Below are positions 18,774 through 29,273 of a stretch of 64,000 bases of DNA, in pieces. Made by a program: the position numbers and the translations under genes. The stretch's first letter is position 1. Every line of letters starts with the position of its first letter. The stretch spans positions 232,678 through 296,677 of the forward strand of contig CAWKJD010000003.1 of NCBI GenBank assembly GCA_963849945.1, in the 5' to 3' direction. The notes under the pieces were generated by a model. The model ran no database searches, was not told the origin of the DNA, and was given only the letters and a program-made list of their open reading frames with translations. This DNA comes from an uncultured Bacteroidales bacterium (lineage in GTDB: Bacteria; Bacteroidota; Bacteroidia; Bacteroidales; VadinHA17).

Positions 18774-20947
18774 CACCTTGAACCTATTTTAATCAGAGTG
18801 CCCGTATAGGTCAGGCTGTCATTGATCAGGCAATAATGATATATTCCCTGTGCAAGTGAAGGAAGTTCTACGGTCAGAATACCCGGAAAGATGTTTTTGT
18901 ACTCTGAGGCACTGACTACATGTCCGACGTGATCATAGATAGTCAGTTTTGATGATGCTGAACCTGTGTCAGTGATACTGAATGAAACGCTGCTGCTGAA
19001 CGGATTGGGAAATACGTTCAGAGGCGAGGGATCCGCCGATGGATTATCCACACTGTTAAGAACGGAATTTTCGACCATGATAACACTTATCGCCAGGGAG
19101 ACCGGAGCCGGAAATGAAGGATGGTCCGTAAAGGGCCTCCAACTGGTGCCGTCATTGAACCATGCAGTGTTCTGGCCTGGCAGAAGATAGGGTGCAGAAT
19201 GTTCTACAGCAAACTGGGGCTGGGACTGGGTAAGATTATTCTTATAATATATCCCATAACCAACATAATATGAGCCCGATACGGGAACTGTCCTGCCGAA
19301 ATCCACTTCCAGGTCATAATCATTCCTGACTTCACGCAGTTTGATAAGCCGTGATGCAATGACTGTTCCCGGACGTGTTCCTCCGGCCCAGATGTAAACA
19401 CGTATTGAATCGGTTTCTGACAGGTACCATGTTGCAGCTACCCTGAGATGCACCCAGGCTATCTCCCCGGTTCCTGAAAAAGCAAAGTTCTCAGCATATT
19501 TAACAAGACTGTCCGAATTATGTCCTGTTGAAAAGCCAAACTCCGGAGACAAATATGCATCAGTTGTTCCTGCATCGCTCACCGGGATATTGTGTAGCGT
19601 GTCGGACCTGGAGAGGTTATAACCATACGGATCACGCCCGTTGACAATCGTGGCACCGGTGGACAACGGGTCAAGCCATGGCTTGAGGTTGGTATCAGTG
19701 ATGTTTGTCAGACTGAACATTTTACTCAGCTTGGCGAAGTAGTCATTCTGGGGATTTGCGCATGTGGCCGCGCCTCCTGTGAGGGTACCGCGCAGACGCC
19801 CGTTCTGATCAAACAGAGGGCTCCCTGAAGAGCCGTGTTCTGTTGTCCCCATATCCCATGTCACTATCCGCCAGAAACCATCGGAAGTAAACCCTGCCAC
19901 AGGATAAGAGGAACTTACGGGGGAGTTGTCGTCAATTGATATCTTCATTACATCTCCTTCCGGGTGATGCAGGGTATAGGTATTTGAAGGAGCAGAGGCA
20001 GTTATGTTCCACCCTGCAAAGTAAGGCTTGAAAACCAGCGATGGAAACTTGTTGAGTTCTACCAGGGTGAAGTCTATGTCAGGATTTGAAGCTCTCAGCA
20101 ACGAACCGCTCATGGAGTGCATATTGGTAAGATCCGGACCGTCGCACCACGGACTTTCATAGTTAAAAACAAATATCGTGTTCGAAGCATCAGTAGCGGT
20201 TTCTATGCAGTGCTGCGCCGACAGAACATAGGCTTTATAATCACTGCCGGTGTTGTTAACAAGCACGCCTGTGCAAAGTTCGGCACCTGCCACAAGCAGA
20301 CGTACCGTTGAGCGGGATGATTTCAGGTAATTGGCATTGGCGGAACAGTTTATATCTACCTCGCAAACATCTGAACGGCCAAAATAGGCATCCTTCGTAC
20401 CGGTAAGCCCGAAAAAACCTGCGAAATCATGTGCGACCTGCTTTACCCCTATTGCCCCTTCTGGTACGGATTTCCCCGGGAAATGGCATTCAAGGACCAT
20501 CCTGTCACCGGGCACTGGCAGCAAAGGCATGGTGATCTTATTGGTTCCGCTCTCATTTGTGAATGCTCCCCTTACTACCTGGCGGCCATAGTCATAGACA
20601 TAGACATAGGCTCCGTCAGGGAGGTCAAACGGTGAAAGTATAAGGTTAAGTGAGAGTGCTCCCTTTGATGAGAAAGGCATCACCCAGACAGTCTCACTTC
20701 CATCTCTGACCGTATACCCGGCATTCTCAGGGGTAAGATTAACCTGTACCGGTATGGCGAACTGAAGAGGCTGGTCCTTTGGCTGGTCCATCGAGCGCAT
20801 TATCTCAATCTGAGCAGGATCGACTTTCAGATCGTACCATAAAGTGATATTCTGAAAGAGCGGTTCTCCTGCCGGATACTCTGTCTGACCGTAAATTGTA
20901 ACGGATGACAGTAAAACCACGATTGAAATGATATGTCTGCCTTTCAA
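18773..20947 (-). CDS. Secreted trypsin-like (lysyl-endopeptidase-type) serine protease with T9SS C-terminal sorting domain
   Basis: Signal peptide and propeptide. Triad SAQHC (His), DFTLVEL (Asp), GSSGSPL (Ser). C-terminal VFPNP...GIYHY..LIKI. Confidence 0.85.
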   Translation of the reverse strand: MKGRHIISIVVLLSSVTIYGQTEYPAGEPLFQNITLWYDLKVDPAQIEIMRSMDQPKDQPLQFAIPVQVNLTPENAGYTVRDGSETVWVMPFSSKGALSLNLILSPFDLPDGAYVYVYDYGRQVVRGAFTNESGTNKITMPLLPVPGDRMVLECHFPGKSVPEGAIGVKQVAHDFAGFFGLTGTKDAYFGRSDVCEVDINCSANANYLKSSRSTVRLLVAGAELCTGVLVNNTGSDYKAYVLSAQHCIETATDASNTIFVFNYESPWCDGPDLTNMHSMSGSLLRASNPDIDFTLVELNKFPSLVFKPYFAGWNITASAPSNTYTLHHPEGDVMKISIDDNSPVSSSYPVAGFTSDGFWRIVTWDMGTTEHGSSGSPLFDQNGRLRGTLTGGAATCANPQNDYFAKLSKMFSLTNITDTNLKPWLDPLSTGATIVNGRDPYGYNLSRSDTLHNIPVSDAGTTDAYLSPEFGFSTGHNSDSLVKYAENFAFSGTGEIAWVHLRVAATWYLSETDSIRVYIWAGGTRPGTVIASRLIKLREVRNDYDLEVDFGRTVPVSGSYYVGYGIYYKNNLTQSQPQFAVEHSAPYLLPGQNTAWFNDGTSWRPFTDHPSFPAPVSLAISVIMVENSVLNSVDNPSADPSPLNVFPNPFSSSVSFSITDTGSASSKLTIYDHVGHVVSASEYKNIFPGILTVELPSLAQGIYHYCLINDSLTYTGTLIKIGSR

Positions 20948-21033
20948 TCTCTTATCGTTGTCGGGTTAAATTTAGTCAAAAAGTGCTTTGGATCAGATAA
21001 GATGTGAAATTGACATGCAGTTTGAACCGGTCT

Positions 21034-23016
21034 TCATAAGATTTTAGTCTTGTTTGAAAACGTCAAATTCATTTTCAGAGTATACGTTCTCCCGGGCATC
21101 GGGTAATACCGGACACTTTCAGTTGACTTGTTGAAAATATTATTCACTTTCAGATCTACAGAAACGGTTGATTTCCCTATTTTTATCACAGCACCCGCGT
21201 TGGCGTCAGCAAGAAAAGAAGGTGGAAGCCATTCGCTGTTATCTGATATTGTAAATGTCCTGCTCTCGTATACCCCGGTCATACCAGCTCTTAAAAATTT
21301 CCAGCCGGCAGTCATATTAATATTCAGGAGATGGAGCGGAGTGTATACCAGTTGTTTGCCCAGCGAAACATCGTTGAGCATATCTGAGGAGGCAACAACC
21401 GAACGGGTAAAGGCATAGTTTATATAAGCATTGATATTTCCTTCACTAACAGGGAGTTCAGTACTTACTCTGCCCTCTATTCCTCTGACATTCACACTAT
21501 TGATATTTTCTGCAGACCAGATCCCGTTTTCTCCGGGCACCCACTGGATCAGATCGTTAACCCTGGAGGCGTGAATTGTTATGTCAACGCTGTTGCGTAA
21601 ACCTGACGGAGCAATGCTCACGAACGAATAAGCTGCCTCTCCTCCCAATGATTTTTCGGGCATAAGATCAGGGTTTCCACCTGGAATCCAGTAAAGGTCA
21701 TTCAGGCAGGGCAGCTTCGAATTGCGGCTGATACTTGATTTAACAATATGTTTGCCGTCGCCTGAGAGCACCCAGGTGGCACCCGCTGTAAATTCCGGCA
21801 TCGATGTCGTTCCGGTGACGACAATCTGCCTTGCCTGGAAGATGACCCTCAGCCTTTTGACGGGATTATACCTGGCAGCCAGTGATGAAGAAAATACATT
21901 TCGAAGATAAGTTGTTTCATAACTGATAGCCCGTGCTCTCTGGAATTCATCCCCGGCAATGAAAATGATCTCCGCCTTATCATTTATCGGGTATCCCAGA
22001 CGCGCTTTCAGCATGTATATTTCTGACCTGTTGTCCCCTGAAAGGGCAAATGCTTCATTATTGTAAAGGTTTATATCGTACGATTCACCTGCTGTAATTT
22101 CAGCTTTCAGTCTTCCCGGAGCAGCCGAATATTTTATCACGCTCCTGACCGACCTGTCTTTCTGTGTCTCTCCATAATTCTCCTGTTCCGTTGTCACCGG
22201 GCCCGGCAGCTCGCGGTATGTATCATTATACCAAAAGTGTGCAGTAAGCACAGAACGCCTGACACGAAATGCGAGATCGGTCATGATACCGCCGGAGGCT
22301 GAGGCTGAATTAGTCCTCCTCTCGCCATCAGCGCCATCAGGGTCATTATTGTTTACAAAAAGAAAATCATTATCTGCTTTGCCGCCCCAAATACTCAGGT
22401 TCGCGGATAACTTTTCATTGCCTGTCCGGAAAATCAAAGATGAAGCATAATCGTCGTAGCTGCCTGCCCTGATGGTCAGCGATCCTTCCGTGCCTCCCTT
22501 AAAGGATGGCTCCGACAGCAATTCTATCTTGCCACCGACTGATCCCGTGATGTCCTGCAGGTCAGATCCGCCTTCCGTTATAAGCATTGAAGAAGCTGCA
22601 AAGACAGGTATAATCGCAAGGTCAATCTGACCCGGGCCGGGAGCTGTAACGGAGAGGCCATTCCAGGTGACCAGTGTATGATTACCGGACATGCCTCGCA
22701 TCGAGACTGATGCCAGACCGTTTGTGCCGTAACGCTTGACGGAGATGGAACTGACTGACTTAAGCAAAGTGGCAATGTCATCTTCCTGGTAACGCATCAG
22801 GGTGACTGAATCAATCCTGGTGACACTGTAGGGAGAATGTCTCACCGAAGCAGGAGCTGTGACGGTAACAGCTGAAATATTTACCGTATCATCAAAAAAC
22901 ATATCCTGAGCCTCGCAGGGCCTCAGCAGGCTGAACTGCAAAACAAATATTGCTGCCGGAATAATATACCGGCGCAACAGGGGCGGGTTAATATAGGTAA
23001 ATGACCTCTTAAACAT
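21034..23016 (-). CDS. TonB-dependent receptor, BtuB-like
   Basis: Plug motif SMRGMSGNHTLVTWNG, NDLYW.PGGNPDL.PE, NNIFN...YPMPGR. Lies downstream of a cobalamin riboswitch. Start ATG at 23016, since the longer ORF overlaps the riboswitch. Confidence 0.88.
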   Translation of the reverse strand: MFKRSFTYINPPLLRRYIIPAAIFVLQFSLLRPCEAQDMFFDDTVNISAVTVTAPASVRHSPYSVTRIDSVTLMRYQEDDIATLLKSVSSISVKRYGTNGLASVSMRGMSGNHTLVTWNGLSVTAPGPGQIDLAIIPVFAASSMLITEGGSDLQDITGSVGGKIELLSEPSFKGGTEGSLTIRAGSYDDYASSLIFRTGNEKLSANLSIWGGKADNDFLFVNNNDPDGADGERRTNSASASGGIMTDLAFRVRRSVLTAHFWYNDTYRELPGPVTTEQENYGETQKDRSVRSVIKYSAAPGRLKAEITAGESYDINLYNNEAFALSGDNRSEIYMLKARLGYPINDKAEIIFIAGDEFQRARAISYETTYLRNVFSSSLAARYNPVKRLRVIFQARQIVVTGTTSMPEFTAGATWVLSGDGKHIVKSSISRNSKLPCLNDLYWIPGGNPDLMPEKSLGGEAAYSFVSIAPSGLRNSVDITIHASRVNDLIQWVPGENGIWSAENINSVNVRGIEGRVSTELPVSEGNINAYINYAFTRSVVASSDMLNDVSLGKQLVYTPLHLLNINMTAGWKFLRAGMTGVYESRTFTISDNSEWLPPSFLADANAGAVIKIGKSTVSVDLKVNNIFNKSTESVRYYPMPGRTYTLKMNLTFSNKTKIL

Positions 23017-23051
23017 AACTTTTCTTCCCGAAAGCTCCTTCAACAGGATAC

Positions 23052-23243
23052 GTTCTGGCAGGTCTTCTGACTCATCCCTACTCGCCGGGCCTTCCCGCCC
23101 GCCGATTGGCGGACAGTGGCGGGATTTCCGGCTGTAATGATCCGCCAAAAGGGCGGAACAGGCTTCACAGCAGCGGGTACTGTCCCTGATTTAAACAGGG
23201 TTCCCTTTTCACTGCCGGTAAAAAAAACCGGCAGCACCAGAAT
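23052..23243 (-). ncRNA. Cobalamin (B12) riboswitch
   Basis: Minus strand: GGTGC...AAAAGGGAACCCTG.TTAAATCAGGGACAGTACCCGCTGCTGTGA...GCCACTG...GGGAAGGC...GAGTCAGAAGACCTGCC (B12 box). Confidence 0.95.
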
Positions 23244-23309
23244 GAAACAAAGGTAATAATAATCGAATAATTGCGGCTGATAATTATTAACAGGTACAGA
23301 CAGAAATGT

Positions 23310-25508
23310 TCATTTCATAATGAACCTCAACTCCCCTCCTGCCATGATCTCACTATAGGTTATATAGTTACGGTTAAGTTTCCGATGGTTAAGAAAGACC
23401 TCACTGACATTTACCTTATCCGGTGCATTATTTTCTGCAATGACTTTAAAGGTCTTCCTTCCGGGTAAACTTATCTCAGCCCTGTCAAGGGAAGGACTGC
23501 CAAGGATGAACCTGCTGTCTGCAGGGTTTACCGGATAAAAGCCCATTGCTGAAAAGATATACCAGGCTGACATCTGCCCGCAATCCTCATTGCCGCACAG
23601 GCCATCTTTTTCCGCAGTGTACATCTCACTCATGATCCTTCTCACCATTGTCTCTGTTTTTTCAGGTGCACCGGCCATTGAGAATAAATATGCTATGTGA
23701 TGCGAAGGTTCGTTGCCCTGAGCATATTGCCCTATCAGTCCGCTTATATCAATCGAAGCGTTTTCGCCTTTCACCGCCTCCTTAACCATGAACAGGGAGT
23801 CAAGGCGCCGGATGAAGCGTTCCCTGCCGCCAAACAGCGATATCAGCCCTTCAACATCTTGAGGTACGAGCCAAGTGTATTGCCATCCGTTTCCCTCGGT
23901 GAAATCGGAGTTGGTATGGTGTGAATAAAGCGGATCATAGCCCGGGCGCCAGGTGCCGTCGCTCATTTTGCCACGGACGAAGAAAATTGAAGTGTCAAAG
24001 AGGTTACGGTAGTTTTTCGACCTCTCCAGGAAGGCGGCGGCCAGGTCCCTTTTTCCCATGTCTGCAGCCATCTGGTATATGCACCAGTCGTCAATGGCGT
24101 ACTCAAGCGTCTTGGAGACTGATTCATTCTCAAGATCGGAAGGGATATAGCCGTATTTCCTGTACTGATCAAGCCCCCTGAAATCAAGACCGGCAGAATG
24201 CAATGATGCGCTCAGGGCGCTGTCATAATCAAATCCCCGGATATTCTTATGTATCGCATCAGCTATCACCGGGACTGAATGGTAACCTATCATGCAGTTG
24301 GTTTCGTTCGCGACAAGAGACCAGACCGGCAGCTTACCCTGCTCCCTTCTGATTGAAAGCATCGTATTAATGAAGTCAGGAACCATGTCAGGCACCGTTA
24401 TTGTGAACAGCGGGTGGGCTGCCCGGTAAGTGTCCCATAACGAAAAGACGCTGTAATTGACAAAGTTTACGGCGGTGTGTATCTCATGATCTGTACCGCG
24501 ATATCTGTTATCAGCATCCATGAAAAGACTCGGTGCTATCATGGAGTGGTAGAGTGCGGTGTAAAAGACTTTCAGGGCAGCGGTGTCAGCTGAGGCAGCT
24601 TTAATGACACTGAGTTTGTTCTGCCATGACTGGCCGGCCCGGGCGGCAGCAGCGTTGAAATCCCAATCCGGCATCTCCTCCTTCAGATTATCTGAAGCAC
24701 CTTCTTCATCAACAGCAGAAATTCCGGTTTTAACGACCAGGTCATCCCCTTTCCTGAGCTCAAATCCCAGAATGCAGGCAATGTTTGTACCTTCAACGTA
24801 ACTGCCTTCAGTTTTCATCCCTGATTTTATCATAATTACGCTGGAAGGCCTGACTGAAAAAAGAGTGGAAAAGTACACGAATTGTTTTTCTGCCCACCCG
24901 GATGAGATGCGTCTGCCGGAGAGGGTGCTGCCATCCCATTCAAGGCTGCAGTCAGTTGGTCTGTCCCAGTTAACTGCAAACCCCAGATCAACCAGAACAC
25001 CCATAACGCCATCAGCGGCAGCAGTATACCTTTGAATACCGCAGCGAGGGGTTGCGGTAAGCTCCACATCAACTCCGTTAGCCAGGGCAACAGCGTAGTA
25101 ACCTGGTCTTGCCTGCTCGGCTTCATGCGAGAAATAACTCCGGTTAAGTTTGGCCAGTGATGCCGTGCTGTCAGCCAAAGCAAGGCTGAATTCATTCATT
25201 GAAGGGAGGAAGAGTATATCGCAAAGATCACCTATTCCGGTGCCGCTCAGATGCGTATGACTGAAGCCGGCTATGACAGAGTCAGAGTAATTATAACCCG
25301 AACACCAGTCCCACCCGGAGGTTCCGTTATCCGGACTGAGCTGAACCATCCCGAAGGGTGTTGTTGCCCCGGGGAAGACATGACCATGAGAAGCTGTTCC
25401 GATGAAAGGATCGACAAAGCCTGTCAGATCTCTTTCAGCAGGTGTGCTGCATGAGAAGGCTATTACCGTCAGTACCGCAGCGACAAGTCTTATATTCCTC
25501 ATTCTCAA
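23310..25508 (-). CDS. GH92 alpha-mannosidase (lipoprotein)
   Basis: VDPFIGT, PGATTPFGMVQLSPD, GFSHTHLSGTG, SLWDTYR, QGNEPSHH, GNEDCGQMSAWY. Lipobox AFSC. Confidence 0.93.
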   Translation of the reverse strand: MRMRNIRLVAAVLTVIAFSCSTPAERDLTGFVDPFIGTASHGHVFPGATTPFGMVQLSPDNGTSGWDWCSGYNYSDSVIAGFSHTHLSGTGIGDLCDILFLPSMNEFSLALADSTASLAKLNRSYFSHEAEQARPGYYAVALANGVDVELTATPRCGIQRYTAAADGVMGVLVDLGFAVNWDRPTDCSLEWDGSTLSGRRISSGWAEKQFVYFSTLFSVRPSSVIMIKSGMKTEGSYVEGTNIACILGFELRKGDDLVVKTGISAVDEEGASDNLKEEMPDWDFNAAAARAGQSWQNKLSVIKAASADTAALKVFYTALYHSMIAPSLFMDADNRYRGTDHEIHTAVNFVNYSVFSLWDTYRAAHPLFTITVPDMVPDFINTMLSIRREQGKLPVWSLVANETNCMIGYHSVPVIADAIHKNIRGFDYDSALSASLHSAGLDFRGLDQYRKYGYIPSDLENESVSKTLEYAIDDWCIYQMAADMGKRDLAAAFLERSKNYRNLFDTSIFFVRGKMSDGTWRPGYDPLYSHHTNSDFTEGNGWQYTWLVPQDVEGLISLFGGRERFIRRLDSLFMVKEAVKGENASIDISGLIGQYAQGNEPSHHIAYLFSMAGAPEKTETMVRRIMSEMYTAEKDGLCGNEDCGQMSAWYIFSAMGFYPVNPADSRFILGSPSLDRAEISLPGRKTFKVIAENNAPDKVNVSEVFLNHRKLNRNYITYSEIMAGGELRFIMK

Positions 25509-25511
25509 TGG

Positions 25512-28121
25512 TTATCTGATATACTTTCGTATTTGCTCTCCCGTGCCAATTCTGTATCCTTCCGATAGGAAAAGAATATTACCGGTGCGGTCACAGCACA
25601 CCACCACCGGAAGAGGATGATCTGCCATACTGCCATTAAGTGATGACAGCATTAAAGCCAGTTCATTGTCAGGAGCATAAATGCTGTTTCCGGGCAATCC
25701 GTTAATATCCCCAGGTTGAAAAGATTCAGAGGTTGCGGAAGGATTATACATGAAAATGAAATTCCCTCCCCACTCATCAAACTCTTTTTTTAGCTGCAGA
25801 AGATCATTGAGTATATGACGTGTAGGCTCTTTCCCCGGTTCGATCCAGATCAAGACGACTCCCTTGCCTGAAAGGGATTTAAGCGCAGTTTTTTTACCGT
25901 TATAAGGTGTAATAGTCTTTTCAAAGTCGATTTTTCTCCCTGTCAGGAGGTTATTTTCCTTGTGACGTAGTTTGACCTCTACTCTGGCATCTTCACCCAT
26001 GGAAAGCTCAAAGAAGTTCAGTGAGGCGAGTACGTTGCCGTTCCCCTCTCTGTTGCCTGTTGTAAGCATATACCTGCCCGGGGCTAGTGGTAGCTTTTCA
26101 GGTATATCTTCCACTCTTACCCCCTCTCCGTAGTCAAGGGTTTTGTAAAGGCCATTTTCAAGCACTGCCAGGGTGAAATGGATATTATATTGCGGCACAG
26201 GTGACTTCTCCTTAGAGAATAAAGTGACAAACCCTTTTTCTCCTGAAAACCTTCTCTCGCCGGTGAACCAGACATCATGCCATTCGCCGGCCTCAAAATA
26301 CTCAGGTTTTCCAGTGCCGGGCGCCAACCGTGCCGGATACCCTATAGTACGACACATAGCCACAAAGAATATATCACGCGAGTGCCTGTCAGTAGTGCGC
26401 AGCCTTAAAACGCCTTCAGGGGTCAATGGCGTACCGTAGTAATTCTCAGTTTCAGTGATCGTTATGGCAGTGTCAATCCAGCCGGCAATTGATGACGGAT
26501 GAGCAGCAAAGCTGCTGTAAAGGTCTTCAGTCATCGCTTTAAGCGAACTTCTGAAAGGGCTGAGTATTTCATTGTCAACTCTCGGAGAAAGGATCCATTT
26601 ATCATAGAAGTGCTCTTCCATAGTATCAGGTCTCGCGATAACATTAGTCAGATGGTCATTAAGGATGTCATGTGGAGTGTCACGGAGGTCTTTCTCAGAA
26701 ATATTCTCGAGGAGTCTTACTGCCAGATCAGCTTTAGAACCGGAGCCTGATATGAAAGATGCAATTTCCATGTAATTGCCCATGGATGAGTGCAACAGCT
26801 TTGTAATATGTTCTTCGTCTATTCCACTTGATGAAGAGAGTTCAGCAACGGATACGTCAGTCATCCAGGAATTGATTCGCGACTGCCTTATGCTGTCTTC
26901 CTTTTTGAGCATCAGGTTGTTCAGCCTCACAAGCTCTTCTTCAATTCCGGGAAGCGGTGTCAGCATCAGCGGGGCAACCAGGTCTGTACTTATGGTTACG
27001 GGAGGATGAACTGATGATATGGTGACCTTTATCGCAGTATCAGACGGGGAAGCAAAAGTAAATCCGTACCGTGATCCGTCGTCAGCCCATATAAGAAGTG
27101 ATCCCATACCTGTCGTAAGACGACTCGTACCCTTCTCATCGCAAACCAGTGTGGAGAGCGGATAAAATTCAGCATAATTGTATAATAAATATCTGACGGC
27201 AGCTTTCGGAACCGGGACTCCGGCAGTATCGGTGACAATCACCTCAAGATCTTTAGTGATTGCATATCTGTCGAGTGTATTTATTTCGGCGAAGAGCTTC
27301 TCTCTTCTTATCAGAGGCTCTTTGTCTTCATACCTGCCGAAAGCTCTCGTATGAATTAGCATTGCCCGCCTGGCGGGCTCGGTGAACCATCCTCTGTCCG
27401 TAACTGGTTCGGGCTCGCACGCTCCCATGTAATGCCAATTACCATCTATCCATACTTCAACCCAGGCATGATTATCATCGGTGTGAGCCCAGCGGGGAGT
27501 ATAGACCTGTCTTGCAGGCAGACCTGCGGTGCGAAGGGCAGACACGGTCAGAGTCGATTCCTCACCGCAGCGTCCCCTGGCAGATAGTATTGTTGCCATG
27601 GGTGATGAAGTGCGAATGTCAGAAGGCTGGTAAGCGACTTTTTCATGGCACCAGTGATTGATCTCAAGCGCAGCCCCGGTTGCATCAAGCCCTTTAATGC
27701 GCGACTTCAGTTCTTCATAATAAACGAGCCTGAAGCTGTCAGGGTTTTCATTGTTAACTCTCGGAGGAAGCACAAAGTGCAGAAAAATTTCATCGGGTAC
27801 TGAAGGGCCCCAGGGCATCTCTTCCCTTGTTCTCAGGGCTCCATCAATCTCTGAGAGAAGAGATTCGGGAAGATAAACCGCAAGGTCATTCAGTGGCATA
27901 TATGCCAGAAGGAACTGTACGGCTTCTCGCCGCGCATTGCCTTTTACAGTATCAGCAATGCCAAAGAGGTCACCTCTGACCGGAGAATAAAATTCCGCTC
28001 GCTCGAGGTAGTCCTCTTTGATTTCGTTTCTGAATTTTTTGTCAACAATAAGATGGCTGTTGCTGCATGAGAGCAACGCTGCCATAAGAGTAACCGCAGG
28101 CAGCCAAAATATCCGTGTCAT
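25512..28121 (-). CDS. Transglutaminase-like domain lipoprotein
   Basis: Lipobox LLSC, GRCGEES (Cys), DNHAWVEVW (His). A second, degenerate TG-like repeat (VAMCRTIGYPAR) follows. Confidence 0.82.
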   Translation of the reverse strand: MTRIFWLPAVTLMAALLSCSNSHLIVDKKFRNEIKEDYLERAEFYSPVRGDLFGIADTVKGNARREAVQFLLAYMPLNDLAVYLPESLLSEIDGALRTREEMPWGPSVPDEIFLHFVLPPRVNNENPDSFRLVYYEELKSRIKGLDATGAALEINHWCHEKVAYQPSDIRTSSPMATILSARGRCGEESTLTVSALRTAGLPARQVYTPRWAHTDDNHAWVEVWIDGNWHYMGACEPEPVTDRGWFTEPARRAMLIHTRAFGRYEDKEPLIRREKLFAEINTLDRYAITKDLEVIVTDTAGVPVPKAAVRYLLYNYAEFYPLSTLVCDEKGTSRLTTGMGSLLIWADDGSRYGFTFASPSDTAIKVTISSVHPPVTISTDLVAPLMLTPLPGIEEELVRLNNLMLKKEDSIRQSRINSWMTDVSVAELSSSSGIDEEHITKLLHSSMGNYMEIASFISGSGSKADLAVRLLENISEKDLRDTPHDILNDHLTNVIARPDTMEEHFYDKWILSPRVDNEILSPFRSSLKAMTEDLYSSFAAHPSSIAGWIDTAITITETENYYGTPLTPEGVLRLRTTDRHSRDIFFVAMCRTIGYPARLAPGTGKPEYFEAGEWHDVWFTGERRFSGEKGFVTLFSKEKSPVPQYNIHFTLAVLENGLYKTLDYGEGVRVEDIPEKLPLAPGRYMLTTGNREGNGNVLASLNFFELSMGEDARVEVKLRHKENNLLTGRKIDFEKTITPYNGKKTALKSLSGKGVVLIWIEPGKEPTRHILNDLLQLKKEFDEWGGNFIFMYNPSATSESFQPGDINGLPGNSIYAPDNELALMLSSLNGSMADHPLPVVVCCDRTGNILFLSEGYRIGTGEQIRKYIR

Positions 28122-28127
28122 TAAAAA

Positions 28128-29171
28128 CTATTTTAAATAAGAGCCGCAGCTGCTCCTGATAACAAGTTCGGGTGTCATGTTAACCTGGCGCTTATACTTG
28201 CTCTTACCCTGGTTTTTCACTTCAGACCAGATTATGTTGGCCACCTTGAGAGACATGGCAGAAAGCGGTTTGCGCAGCCTTGTCACAGGTGTGGTCAGCA
28301 GGTCAAACCCTATTCCGTCTTCCATTGAAACCAATGCCACATCCTGGGGAATCCGGATATTCTTTTCCTGAAGGGCAAGGTAAAGCGGGAACACCAGAGG
28401 TGAGTTTATAACAATGATTGCATCACTCCTGTGAGGCGGCCTCAGGAAGTTCTCTATCTGGGCAAAATCAAACTTTTCTCCTGCTTTAGGCAGCTTTCCA
28501 ACGGCAAAATGAACAGAGTCAAATCCTTTAGATTTCTTTGTAGCAGCTTTTAGTTCCTCAAGCATTTCCTTGTCATATGAGGCTGTGTCTTCACCTGAAA
28601 TTATAACCAGGTTCCTAAGTCCCAGGGACATAAGGTGTTCGGTCATGATTGTGGCGCCGGCAATTCTGTCTGTGCATACAGTGTTGAGCCGCATTCTTTT
28701 AATGCTTTTCTCAAGGAGCACAAGGGGATAGGAATCCCTGTTCAGGGCTCTTACCACACTGTCATCGGCAGCGCTGCCCAACAGTATCATTCCGCTGAAG
28801 AATTTCTTCAGCGATGTAATAAGTCTGTTGAAACGCAAGTCATCAGGGTCTCTTGTAAAGACAGAAAAGCCAAGACCAATGCTTGAAAAGGCTTTCTGAA
28901 GGTAGGGAGTAATCTCATAGATAAATGGGTCATTCATTGATGGCACCACCATACCTATGACACCGGGCCTCTCTTCTACCGGAGCAGCTGTTTCGCCTTT
29001 TTCGCTCACGGCATTGAAATAACCCATCTGTCTTGCAGCTGCAAGGACCCTCTCCTGTGTTTCTTTTTTTATTCCGTGCTGATCGGCTTTATTGTTCAGC
29101 ACCAGTGATACTAAAGTACCCGAAAGACCTAGTCTTGCGGCAATGTCTTTGTTTTTAACTTTCTTCCCCAT
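28128..29171 (-). CDS. LacI-family transcriptional regulator
   Basis: KDIAARLGLSGTLVSLVLN HTH, IPQDVALV, PELVIRSS. Confidence 0.88.
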   Translation of the reverse strand: MGKKVKNKDIAARLGLSGTLVSLVLNNKADQHGIKKETQERVLAAARQMGYFNAVSEKGETAAPVEERPGVIGMVVPSMNDPFIYEITPYLQKAFSSIGLGFSVFTRDPDDLRFNRLITSLKKFFSGMILLGSAADDSVVRALNRDSYPLVLLEKSIKRMRLNTVCTDRIAGATIMTEHLMSLGLRNLVIISGEDTASYDKEMLEELKAATKKSKGFDSVHFAVGKLPKAGEKFDFAQIENFLRPPHRSDAIIVINSPLVFPLYLALQEKNIRIPQDVALVSMEDGIGFDLLTTPVTRLRKPLSAMSLKVANIIWSEVKNQGKSKYKRQVNMTPELVIRSSCGSYLK

Positions 29172-29241
29172 ATGTAAAAATTTTAAAAGCTAATTTAGAC
29201 AATAAAATATTAGATAACCTGAGCGTTAAACATTTTTAACC

Positions 29242-29266
29242 AAAAAAAAAGTGCCGTAAAGCACTT
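29242..29266 (-). terminator. Intrinsic terminator after yidC
   Basis: AAGTGC-loop-GCACTT hairpin followed by a T-run on the minus strand. Confidence 0.7.
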
Positions 29267-29273
29267 CTCTTTG

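Noticed and set aside
23017-23148. 44-aa N-terminal extension of the TonB-dependent receptor in the ORF track
   Set aside because: It overlaps the conserved cobalamin riboswitch core. ATG 23016 gives a plausible signal peptide.
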